Positions 53,050 to 64,000 of a stretch of 64,000 nucleotides of DNA are shown one piece after another. Both the position numbers and the translations under genes were made by a program. Every line of letters starts with the position of its first letter. The first letter of the stretch is position 1. The DNA comes from Octopus sinensis (taxonomy: Eukaryota): NCBI RefSeq assembly GCF_006345805.1, contig NC_042998.1:59582001-59646000 (forward strand), in the 5' to 3' direction. The notes under the pieces were generated by a model. It was not told the DNA's origin. It searched no databases and was given only the letters and a program-made list of their open reading frames with translations.

Positions 53050-55872
53050 GTGAAGATGTCAGTCCGTGAATATGTCACACCCATAGTACTGTTGACACAC
53101 TCAAACTCAGTCTGTGACACACTGATAGTACACATGAAACAACCGAAAATAGTAATATGTGTCACATATCGGCCACCAGACACCCCTAGTCATGAAGGAG
53201 TGTTTGAAGATAGCCTCAGAAGAATAGAAGAAGTCCTGGACAAACTGGACCAGGGTAACACCATTCTACTGCTAGGAGATTTTAACCTTCCGAAAGTCAA
53301 ATGGCCAGATGGCCATCTCCTCCCTGGAATGACATCACTTGAACAGAGACAGACAGAGTCCTTGTTGGCTCTCACACGCAAGTTTTTCATGGAGCAATAA
53401 GTGCTTCGGCCAACAAGAGGTGAGAATGTCTTGGACCTCTGTTTCACAAGCAACCCGATGCTCATCCACAACATAATGGTAACACCAACAATTCTCTCAG
53501 ATCACAACTTAGTAGAGGTAATGATATATGGTATGAGAGAGTTAGTTGAGACGCAGCCATTAGAAAATACCACAGGCCTATCCAGTCTAAACTTCCATAA
53601 GGCAAACTGGAAGAAGATCAACGAAGAGATCCGAAAACATGACTTCATCACCACACAAGACACCAACACACATTTCCAACATTTCATGACAACAATACAG
53701 AACATATGCCATAAGTTTGTCCCGGAGAAAAAAGCCAGCGGGTATAGGAACGTTATTCCCAGATACAGGAAAATACTTATGAGGCGAAGAGCTAAGCTCT
53801 CGAAGCAACTGAATGCACGGCAGAGAACAATGAGGGACTCCACCTGAAACTTTTTGAAACGGAAACTGCACTCAAACTTTCCTATGAGAAGGAGAGGGCA
53901 GAGAGAGAAGCCAGGGCCATAGAGAATATTAAAACAAACCCTAAAGCCTTCTTTAAATTTGCGAAAGAAACCACCTCGGTACACTGCAAGATTGGCCCAC
54001 TCTTTGATAAAAAGGGCTCTCTAACTGAGGACCCTCAAGGGATAAGTGAAATACTAAAGGAACAGTATAAAAGTGTGTTCACATCCCCTCTGGGGCACAT
54101 GCAAATCACAAACCCAGAAGTTTTCTTTGAAGCCACAACACTCCAAAACCAAACAACAACCATCGACCACATAGACATAACAGAGAGGGATGTAATATCT
54201 GCCATAGAAGAAATGAGAATAAACTCAGCTGCTGGACCAGATGGATTCCCAGCAGTCCTCCTAAAAACATGCAGGCATGCCCTAGCGGGACCACTGAAGA
54301 AGCTCTTCAGTGGTTCCTTGGCTAACGGTGAACTGCCCAGGGCGCTAAAAGAAGGCACCATATGCCCTATCCACAAAGGAGGGAGTAGAACAGAGGCTCA
54401 AAACTACAGGCCAGTCTCCCTGACGTCACACATAAGTAAGGTCATGGAACGAATCATCAGAAAAAAACTGATCACGTTCCTCGAAGAAACTAACCGTCTC
54501 ACTGACACACAGCATGGCTTTCGCCCAGGAGGAAGCTGCCTTACGCAGCTGTTACAACACTACGACTGGGTACTGAAACAACTACTGGATCGCTCACAGG
54601 TGGATGTGGTATATCTCGACTTTGCGAAGGCCTTTGACAAAGTCGACCACGGAGTGATATGTCACAAATTACTCAGACTCGGCATAACAGGAAAAGTAGG
54701 TGAGTGGATACATGACTTCCTGAAGGACAGAAGCCAGATGGTTGCAGCCAATGGAGCCCTCTCGGGAAAGACACCAATAGCAAGCGGGGTGCCACAGGGC
54801 ACAGTCTTGGGACCCTTGCTGTTTTTGGTGGGGCTCTCTGACATGCCCTTGGTAGCACAAACAACATCCCTCACTAGCTATGCTGATGACACAAAGGTAG
54901 CACAGGCAATAAAAAACTCAGCTGATGCTGACCTTTTACAACAAGATCTGGATGCCATATACAAATGGGCTGAAGACAACAACATGCAATTTAATGCTGG
55001 TAAATTTCAAGCCTTACAATATCAAGCTGTAAACACATATACATTACAACACAACTATACTGGTCCAGGAGGGATCGAAATCCCAGTATCGAAATCAATA
55101 CGGGACCTGGGGATAGACATGAGTGACGATGCATCTTTTTCTTCACACATCGCGAAGGTGGCGACAATGTGCAAACGACTCACTGGCTGGATCCTGAGGA
55201 CATTCCGGACAAGAGACTGCGAGACCATGTTGACACTATGGAGGACATTTGTCCTAAGCCGCCTGGACTACTGCTCCCAACTATGGTCACCGCATAGTGT
55301 CAAACTAACCACAGAGCTTGAGACAATCCAAAGACATTTCACCAAGAGGATTTCCACCATGAAAGAAAAGAACTATTGGGAGAGGCTTAGGGAACTCAAT
55401 TTGTACTCCTTGGAACGAAGACGAGAGAGATATGCAGTGATATACATATGGAAAATCCTGGAGGGACTAGCACCAAATTTTGGAATTGAGAGCTGTTCCA
55501 ATCCCCGTACAGGACGTCACTGTGTGGTGCCAAAGGTCCCGTCTTCCACATCCAGGGTAAGGAGCAGATACTGTAATAGCCTGGGGTTCAGGGGCCCTCA
55601 GCTGTTCAACAAACTGCCAAGAAAACTAAGAGATCTACATGATGCGGATGTGGACATTTTCAAAAAACATCTAGACAAGCTGCTTTCCGGGATCCCAGAT
55701 GAACCCACTGCAAGGTACGAAGGTAACCTAAGGGCAGCAGCTACAAACTCTCTCTTAGATCAGTGGCCAGCCACGGCAAACTGGACTTAGAGAGGGTAGC
55801 AACAAGGGCGGTGCCCCAGCATGGCCTCAGCCGGATGGCTGAAACAAGTAAAAGAGTAAAAGAGTAAAAGAG
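53050..55872 (+). mobile_element. 5'-truncated CR1/L2-group LINE ORF2 (APE endonuclease + RT) with 3' UTR and (TAAAAGAG)n tail
   Basis: YRPP, GDFNLP, PTRGENVLDL (APE; stop at 53398-53400, frameshift near 53840); AAGPDG, NYRPVSLTS, QHGFR, LDFAKAFDKVDH, GVPQGTVLGPLLF, YADD, RRERY. Confidence 0.92.
54075..55790 (+). CDS. Reverse transcriptase part of LINE ORF2 (571 aa open frame)
   Basis: All RT motifs in one frame; upstream APE part is interrupted. Confidence 0.88.
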   Translation: MFTSPLGHMQITNPEVFFEATTLQNQTTTIDHIDITERDVISAIEEMRINSAAGPDGFPAVLLKTCRHALAGPLKKLFSGSLANGELPRALKEGTICPIHKGGSRTEAQNYRPVSLTSHISKVMERIIRKKLITFLEETNRLTDTQHGFRPGGSCLTQLLQHYDWVLKQLLDRSQVDVVYLDFAKAFDKVDHGVICHKLLRLGITGKVGEWIHDFLKDRSQMVAANGALSGKTPIASGVPQGTVLGPLLFLVGLSDMPLVAQTTSLTSYADDTKVAQAIKNSADADLLQQDLDAIYKWAEDNNMQFNAGKFQALQYQAVNTYTLQHNYTGPGGIEIPVSKSIRDLGIDMSDDASFSSHIAKVATMCKRLTGWILRTFRTRDCETMLTLWRTFVLSRLDYCSQLWSPHSVKLTTELETIQRHFTKRISTMKEKNYWERLRELNLYSLERRRERYAVIYIWKILEGLAPNFGIESCSNPRTGRHCVVPKVPSSTSRVRSRYCNSLGFRGPQLFNKLPRKLRDLHDADVDIFKKHLDKLLSGIPDEPTARYEGNLRAAATNSLLDQWPATANWT

Positions 55873-56065
55873 ATACATATATACATACACACACACATAT
55901 ATATATATACATATACATATAGACATATACACGCCTGCACACATATATTCATGTATATACAGATACACATATAATACATATGCATGCATAAATAGATATA
56001 CATATAGATATGCACATACACAGATATATATACATATATATATATATATACACGTCTACTTAGAT

Positions 56066-56113
<48 letters not shown>

Positions 56114-56117
<4 letters not shown>

Positions 56118-56373
56118 GTGAAATACAAAGATGAATAATCTTGTAGTAGATTAATCAAAAGTTTAACCGATACCTTGGTAGCAAAAATCACAGCAGTAAA
56201 CAGCACGGTTGGAGGTACAACCATATGGTGTTGCAACCGTGCGTTGGTGCGGATAATTGAAATTAAAATATTACTATTGCCTTTCGAAACACGTGTAGAA
56301 TGAAATAAAACGATTTCTGTTCAATCTTCGTTCAGCTCCATTTCTTCAATTCACCAATAATATTTTATATATA

Positions 56374-56405
<32 letters not shown>

Positions 56406-56658
56406 TATGTGAAATACAAAGATGAATAATCTTGTAGTAGATTAATCAAAAGTTTAACCGATACCTTGGTAGCAAAAATCACAGCAGTAAACAGCACGGT
56501 TGGAGGTACAACCATATGGTGTTGCAACCGTGCGTTGGTGCGGATAATTGAAATTAAAATATTACTATTGCCTTTCGAAACACGTGTAGAATGAAATAAA
56601 ACGATTTCTGTTCAATCTTCGTTCAGCTCCATTTCTTCAATTCACCAATAATATTTTA
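56114..56658. repeat. Exact tandem duplication, period ~291 bp, bounded by (AT)n
   Basis: 56114-56367 and 56405-56658 read identically. Confidence 0.9.
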
Positions 56659-56824
56659 TATATATATATATATATACATACATACATGCATATACATATA
56701 TATAAATATACACACATATACATTCCTGTACAAATATACCCATATACATATACATGCACAACCATACACATACGCATATATATACAAACAAACACACACA
56801 TACACACACGTATATATCTATATA

Positions 56825-56984
56825 CTACAGTTCCATGTTTAAGAGATGAGGAACAATGTACATTATTTACATTATTTACATTCGACGGGCATTTGTCCTC
56901 AACTTGTTTGTGGTTAACACAACGTTTCGGCTGATACACACTCCGGGTGTCTCATTCCAAAGATTTCGAGTTCAGTGACCTGAA
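56825..56984 (-). mobile_element. Penelope-type terminal repeat remnant lacking the hammerhead CUGAnGA strand
   Basis: Minus strand gacacc...tatcagccgaaacgttgtgttaac...aatgtaaataatgt; related remnant at 59893-59970. Confidence 0.5.
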
Positions 56985-57094
56985 TAATAATAACAACAAC
57001 AACAACAACAACAACAATAATAATGATAATAATAATAATAATGAGGATGATAATAATAATAATAATGATAATAATAATAATAATAATAATGATG

Positions 57095-57166
<72 letters not shown>

Positions 57167-57169
<3 letters not shown>

Positions 57170-58575
57170 AATCTGAACAAATGCACGTAACAAGGTGTTA
57201 GCTATAAATTCCTTAGCAGTTCCAGTTGTTACTTATAGCTACAATGTGTTGAACTGGAATATGAGTGAAGTAAAGAATATAGATAGGAAAATACGCAAGC
57301 TGCCGAGTTGTAATGGGATGCACCACCCAAAGTCAGACGTAGATCACCTTTACCTTCCCAGAGCCCAAGGAGGTCGAGGCCTGATCCAATTTGAACTAGC
57401 TTACAAAACAACCACAATTGGACTGGCCAAATATCTCGAAATAACGAATAACTGGATGCTAAAGCTCGTGGAAAATCACGAGAGACGAAAGAAGCTTCAT
57501 TCTATCATAAAGGAAAGCAAAAAATTTGCTATTGATCTCGTGCAGGATACCCAAACTGAACAACCCGAGGGAAGTACGGCAACTATTGTTGCAAAGAAGG
57601 TAAAAATAATGGCAACGAAAAAAGCGCACGAGCAATTGGCTGATAGGTGGGAGGAGAAACCTCTACACGGCAAATATGTGACCCGCAGCAAAGAAGCTGA
57701 TGTTGACCAGAAGCAAACCCATCAGGGGCTACGGAGTTCAGGGCTAAAAGCAGAGAGCGAAGGTTTCATCCTGGCTGCTCAAGATCAAAGCCTATTAACA
57801 CGGAACTACCAGACCAATGTGATGAAAAATGGAGCAGATCCAAAATGCCGATTCTGCAACGACATGATTGATACAGTGGACCACCTAATCTCTGGATGTA
57901 AAGTCTTAGCACCAGTGGAGTATAAATTAAGGCATGACAGAGTTGGCCAATATCTACACTGGCTAATAAGTCGGCATTACAATATCAAAACTGCCGACCA
58001 GTGGTATAATCACCACCCTGAAGCTGTAACTGAAGGAGAAAATGTAACCATTCTGTGGGACTTTCCAGTACATACAGACCGAACCATCAAAGCCAATAAA
58101 CCAGATATTGTCGTGAAAGACCAAAACAATAAAGTTTGCTTATTGATCGACATGAGCATCCCCTGTGATCATAATATCTCGGCGAAAGAGTTTGACAAGC
58201 TCAGAAAATATAAAGACCTGCTCATTGAAATTGAGGAAATGTGGCATCTCAAGGCGGTTACAATACCAGTGATCGTAGGAGCACTAGGAATGATCAAGAA
58301 GGGAACCGAAAATTATATGAGAATGATCCCTGGCTTACCATCCCTGCAAGAAGTGCAAAAGATTGTCTTAACTGGTACATCACACGTATTGAGAAGAGCA
58401 TTGTCGATGTGAGAACTATTACTACCCATGTATTTTAATTTAACTTTTTAAAAAATGAACGAACTACTGAATTTAGTTTAATAGCCTACCAATGTATACT
58501 ATGAGTTTCTTTGCCCTAGGAGTCGGGAAGACACTCGGCAAGAAATGGAAGCAAATTTGAAAGAAGATAAAGATA
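57167..58575 (+). mobile_element. R4/Dong-type LINE, 5'-truncated copy 1 with intact 3' end, in an (AAT)n array
   Basis: Open frame 57195-58412: CRFC...DHLISGC zinc knuckle, RHD, KPDIV, IDMSIP, KLRKY (RLE nuclease); ends in taataataat. Confidence 0.93.
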
Positions 58576-58671
58576 ATAATAATAATAATAATAATGATGA
58601 TGATCATCATCATCATCATCATAATAATAGTAATGATGATGATGATGATTATGATGATGATGAGGATGATC

Positions 58672-58723
<52 letters not shown>

Positions 58724-58739
58724 TAATAATAATAATATT

Positions 58740-59870
58740 ATGCTAAAGCTCGTGGAAAATCACGAGAGACGAAAGAAGCTTCATTCTATCATAAAGGAAA
58801 GCAAAAAATTTGCTAATGATCTCGTGCAGGATACCCAAATTGAACAACCCGAAGGAAGTACGGCAACTATTGTTGCAAAGAAGGTGAAAATGATGGCAAT
58901 GAAAAAAGCGCACGAGCAATTGGCTGATAGGTGGGAGGAGAAACCTCTGCACGGCAAATATGTGACCCGCAGCAAAGAAGCTGATGTTGACCAGAAGCAA
59001 ACCCATCAGTGGCTACGGAGCTCAGGGCTAAAAGCAGAGAGCGAAGGTTTCATCCTGCCTGCTCAAGATCAAAGCCTATTAACTCGGAACTACCAGGCCA
59101 ATGTGATGAAAAATGGAGCAGACCCAAAATGCCGATTCTGCAACGACATGATTGAAACAGTGGACCACCTAATCTCTGGATGTAAAGTCTTAGCACCAGT
59201 GGAGTATAAATTAAGACATGACAGAGTTGGCCAATATCTACACTGGCTAATAAGTCGGCATTACAATATCAAAACTGCCGACAAGTGGTATAATCACCAC
59301 CCTGAGGCTGTAACTGAAGGAGAAAATGTAACCATTCTGTGGGACTTTCCAGTACATACAGACCGAACCATCAAAGCCAATAAACCAGATATTGTTGTGA
59401 AAGACCAAAACAATAAAGTTTGCTTATTGATCGACATGAGCATTCCCTGTGATCATAATATCTCAGCGAAAGAGTTTGACAAGCTCAGAAAATATAAAGA
59501 CCTACTCATTGAAATCGAGAAAATGTGGCATCTCAAGGCGGTTACAATATCAGTGATCGTAGGAGCACTAGGAATGATCAAGAAGGGAACCGAAAATTAT
59601 ATGAGAATGATCCCTGGCTTACCATCCCTGCAAGAAGTGCAAAAGATTGTCTTAACTGGTACATCACACGTATTGAGAAGAGCATTGTCGATGTGAGAAC
59701 TGTTACTGCTCATGTATTTTAATTTAACTTTAAAAAAAAAAAAAAAAAAAATGAACGAACTACTGAGTTTGGTTTAATGGCCTACCAATGTATACTATGA
59801 GTTTCTTTGCCCTAGGAGTCGGGAAGACACTCGGCAAGAAATGATAGCAAATTTGAAAGAAGAAGAAAAT
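58740..59870 (+). mobile_element. R4/Dong-type LINE, 5'-truncated copy 2 in the same (AAT)n array
   Basis: Highly similar to 57455-58575; open frame to 59696; ends aaagtaataataataat. Confidence 0.93.
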
Positions 59871-59970
59871 AAAGTAATAATAATAATATAGAAACATACC
59901 TTAGGAATGAGAAACAAGGTTTGAAATTTCCCCCAAGACAAATGTAACTAATGTAAATAATGTAGATATC

Positions 59971-60895
<925 letters not shown>

Positions 60896-60957
60896 CGTGT
60901 ATGTATGTATGTATGTATGTATGTATGTATGTATGTATGTATGTATGTATAGATAGA

Positions 60958-61118
60958 TAGGAGTGGCTGTGTGGTAAGTAGCTTGCTAACCAACCACATG
61001 GTTCCGAGTTCAGTCCCACTGCGTGGCATCTTGGGCAAATGTCTTCTGCTATAGCCCCGGGCCGACCAATGCCTTGTGAGTGGATTTGGTAGACGGAAAC
61101 TGAAAGAAGCCCGTCGTA

Positions 61119-61159
<41 letters not shown>

Positions 61160-61378
61160 TTGTGTGTTGTGTTTGCCACCCTCACCCAACATCGCTTGAC
61201 AACCGATGCTGATGTGTTTACGTCCCCGTCACTTAGCGGTTCGGCAAAAGAGACCGATAGAATAAGTACTGGGCTTACAAAGAATAAGTCTCGGAGTCGA
61301 GTTGCTCGATTAAAGGCGGTGCTCCAGCATGGCCGCAGTCAAATGACTGAAACAAGTAAAAGAGAGAGTAAAGAGAGA
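60958..61378 (+). mobile_element. Full-length tRNA-derived CORE-type SINE, family S1 (most abundant SINE in the window)
   Basis: Head ggagtggctgtgtggtaag...ggttccgagttcagtccc; CORE-like atcttgggcaaatgtctt; internal (AT)/(GT); tail gcagtcaaatgactgaaacaagtaaaag. Confidence 0.9.
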
Positions 61379-61394
61379 TAGATAGATAGATATA

Positions 61395-61545
61395 CGACGA
61401 GCTTCTTTCAGTTTCTCCATACCAAATAATTCCACAAAGCTATGGTAGAAAACACTTGCCTAGTGTGCCTCGCAGTGGGACTGAACCCGCAAACATGTAT
61501 TTCAGAAACAAACCTCTTACCGCATAACCACGCTTACGCCTATAT
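61395..61545 (-). mobile_element. SINE S1 5' fragment
   Basis: gagcttctttcagtttc...gcagtgggactgaaccc...cttaccgcataaccacg. Confidence 0.8.
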
Positions 61546-61707
61546 ATACATGCATATTTAGGCGTGTGTATGTCTTTTACATGTTTCAGTCTAGATGTTG
61601 CGGGAGGCAGTGGTGCTGCCAATATCACCAGCTCTTGTATGGTCACTTCTATTTGATTGTCTTTTGGTGAAAGAGAGATATTTATATTGTATCCAACTGT
61701 GTGTACC

Positions 61708-61711
61708 AGTT

Positions 61712-61757
<46 letters not shown>

Positions 61758-62108
61758 AAGTAGTAGTAGGAGGAGGAGGAGGAGGAGGAGGAGCAGCAGC
61801 AGCAGTAGCATCAATAGCAGTAGTAGTATTATACAACAGTACCTGCAGTAGTAGTAGCAGTAACAGTAGCAGCAGCAGCAACAGTAGTAGTATTATAAAG
61901 CAGTAGCAGCAGTATTAGTATTATAAAGCAGTAGCAGCAGCAGTAGTTGCAGCAGCAGCAGCAGTAGTTGCAGCAGCAGCAGCAGCAACAGCGGCAGTAG
62001 TAGTATTATAAAGCAGTAGCAGCAGTAGTAGTATTATAAAGCAGTAGCAGCAGCAGTAGTTGCAGCAGCAGCAGCAACAGCGGCAGTAGTAGTAGTAGTA
62101 GTAGTAGA
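61708..62108. repeat. Compound AGT/AGG/AGC trinucleotide array with a higher-order tattataaagcagtagcagcag unit
   Basis: Unit recurs near 61891, 61919, 62004 and 62033. Confidence 0.9.
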
Positions 62109-63310
62109 CTTATTGTTACTAACTATCCATGCAATAAGTGTAGAATCCAGGTCAGCCTTAATGAAAAGTAAACCATTCAGCAAATATCTTTCGCACATGA
62201 CGATCAGTACATTCAAACACATGGAATCTCTTAGTGGACAGTTATGGCACGGAAGATAATCACATGTAATCACATGATTTTATCATATTTGGGTGGAGTA
62301 GAAATTTGAATTTGAATTTGAAATTAAGGAATAAGGAAGAAGATGCATGGAATATACATATTATTTTTATTGCTTAATTTTAGAGCTTACGAAAGTCTTA
62401 AAGTTCTAGTCTAAGTTTATCAGGTATAGCACAATCTCCTTTCCATTAGAAATTATCAGCATACCATAACACGAGGTACATAAATTAAATATTTTATGAA
62501 ACGAGACCTTTCTTACAGATGGAAAATATTTACAGTGAAATGCTCTTCTGTCTTGTAGATTTTTCTTTGTACGGCTTTTGTAGATTAGTACTTGTATCTA
62601 GAGTTATATTACTTTTTGTATCGTCCCTTTTCTTAAGACGATGAAACGTAATATGAAGGATTCTGGCTACCAAATTACTGTATTTGTGAAACAAATTTCT
62701 CAATCACCCATTTATGCGTGAACATGTGACCATACTAATCACGTGTTGAAAATCGGAACACTCGTTTTCGCAACATTTACGTAATTATTCAAAATATATT
62801 ACTCCATTTCATTTTTTATTTACGTCTGATTTTGGTCTTGTTTCTAACTTCTTAATATTAACATTAACGATTTAAACTACAATAATGTTACATGTGAATT
62901 GAGCAAATAACACTGAATAAAGAATTAACTTATTGTTTTTGCTAAACACATATCTTATGTAAATCTTGCCTGAACTGTTTTTATGCACACAAATGATTAA
63001 TAGTGTGCACAACAAGATATATTTCATAATAGATTAAACAGTCATTATTAAGCGAACATATAATATATACTTTTATAACTAACTAGAATAAAGCGAAATA
63101 TATGTAATATATATTTGAGAATTTGTCCAACTTAGATACCGCAGGCTATTCGCAGTATATCCGTAAAGTCGACGAAGAATCGCATCCATTCTCTTTCACC
63201 ATTGTTACATTTTTCTTTTACATGATATATGTCATAAAAGTCTGGGAAAACTTGATTTTTCTATTGTTTTGTATTCGAGTAAATGTGCATTGTAATACAC
63301 GTTTCATATA

Positions 63311-63696
63311 CTAGCAGTTTCGCCCGGCGTTGCTCGGGTTTGTTTCGATCATTTAGAATTGGAATTTTTGAATAGTAAAAATTGGGCATTATGTAGCTTG
63401 TTATTCTCTTTAATTGAACATTTTTCTGGTTGAAATACACCGAAAAATGGAGACACTGCAGTCAAAAAATCGTAAAAAATAGGGATCTTCTTAGAAAAAA
63501 AAGCACCTTTTTGATGTAAATAATTTTTGGTGTTAACATGGTCTGATTTGAATGTTTTCTTCTACGGAAGGAATAGCAAGCCTTCTATCATACTCTCAAT
63601 TTTTGTCAACTTGTGCTGCAAGGGCTCGGAGGAGATAGTGTTAGTTGAAGGCTAGCAAACCTGCCATACACAGACAACTTCAGCTTTATATATAGA
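63311..63696 (-). mobile_element. Complete non-autonomous Helitron (386 bp)
   Basis: Minus strand A|TCTATATATAAAGCTG...CCCGAGCAACGCCGGG hairpin-CGAAACTG-CTAG|T: TC start, CTAG end, AT target. Confidence 0.88.
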
Positions 63697-63961
63697 TTCA
63701 TGAATTCTAGCAAATTTTTACATTATGAGGAAACTGGTCTGTAAATGGAAGAATTGTAGCACATATCGATTCTATTTGTTTGGTACATGTTTTCTTCAAG
63801 ACTGAATTTTGCCTTAGAACTCTTGCGGAAATTATCGGTCATGGTATATTTAATGCATCTAGCTGTTCAACTTTAGGACAAATATAACTATTTTATTTTA
63901 ATATATTCACCATTTCCTTTCCATTTTGGTCCTATAAAATGACCAATTTGTGTCCCTGATA

Positions 63962-64000
<39 letters not shown>

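Noticed and set aside
56284-56300. GAAA-CACGTG-TA, resembling hammerhead stem III
   Set aside because: No CUGAnGA strand or stem I upstream.
56915-56955. cagccgaaacgtt Penelope-type hammerhead half
   Set aside because: Catalytic CUGAnGA strand is absent; non-functional remnant.
60958-61030. SINE heads as tRNA genes
   Set aside because: No complete cloverleaf; each continues into SINE body and tail.

Overview
AT-rich animal genomic DNA made almost entirely of transposon relics and microsatellites, with one 100-N scaffold gap (23347-23446). The SINE families and the dense (AT)/(AC)/(ATAC)/(GATA)/(AAT) repeats look like an octopus genome; this is inferred from recognition, not a search. I can support no host-gene exon. 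Recognisable elements: many R4/Dong-type non-LTR retrotransposon pieces (RT plus restriction-like endonuclease), a CR1/L2-group LINE (APE + RT), three Penelope-like (PLE) RT fragments, Tc1/mariner/maT relics, Helitron pieces and four or more tRNA-derived SINE families. Most ORFs in the supplied track are microsatellite artefacts. Highlights from reading both strands: (1) several distinct type I hammerhead ribozyme motifs in non-coding Penelope-type terminal repeats, including a head-to-head inverted pair and a same-strand pair that would release a ~242-nt retrozyme-sized RNA; (2) the LINE shares its 3' tail with the most abundant SINE, with a compensatory base-pair change in the terminal stem-loop; (3) a ~550-bp non-coding element and Dong-like LINEs both sit in (TAA)n arrays; (4) a ~3.4-kb palindrome and several fold-back hairpins at TE breakpoints.
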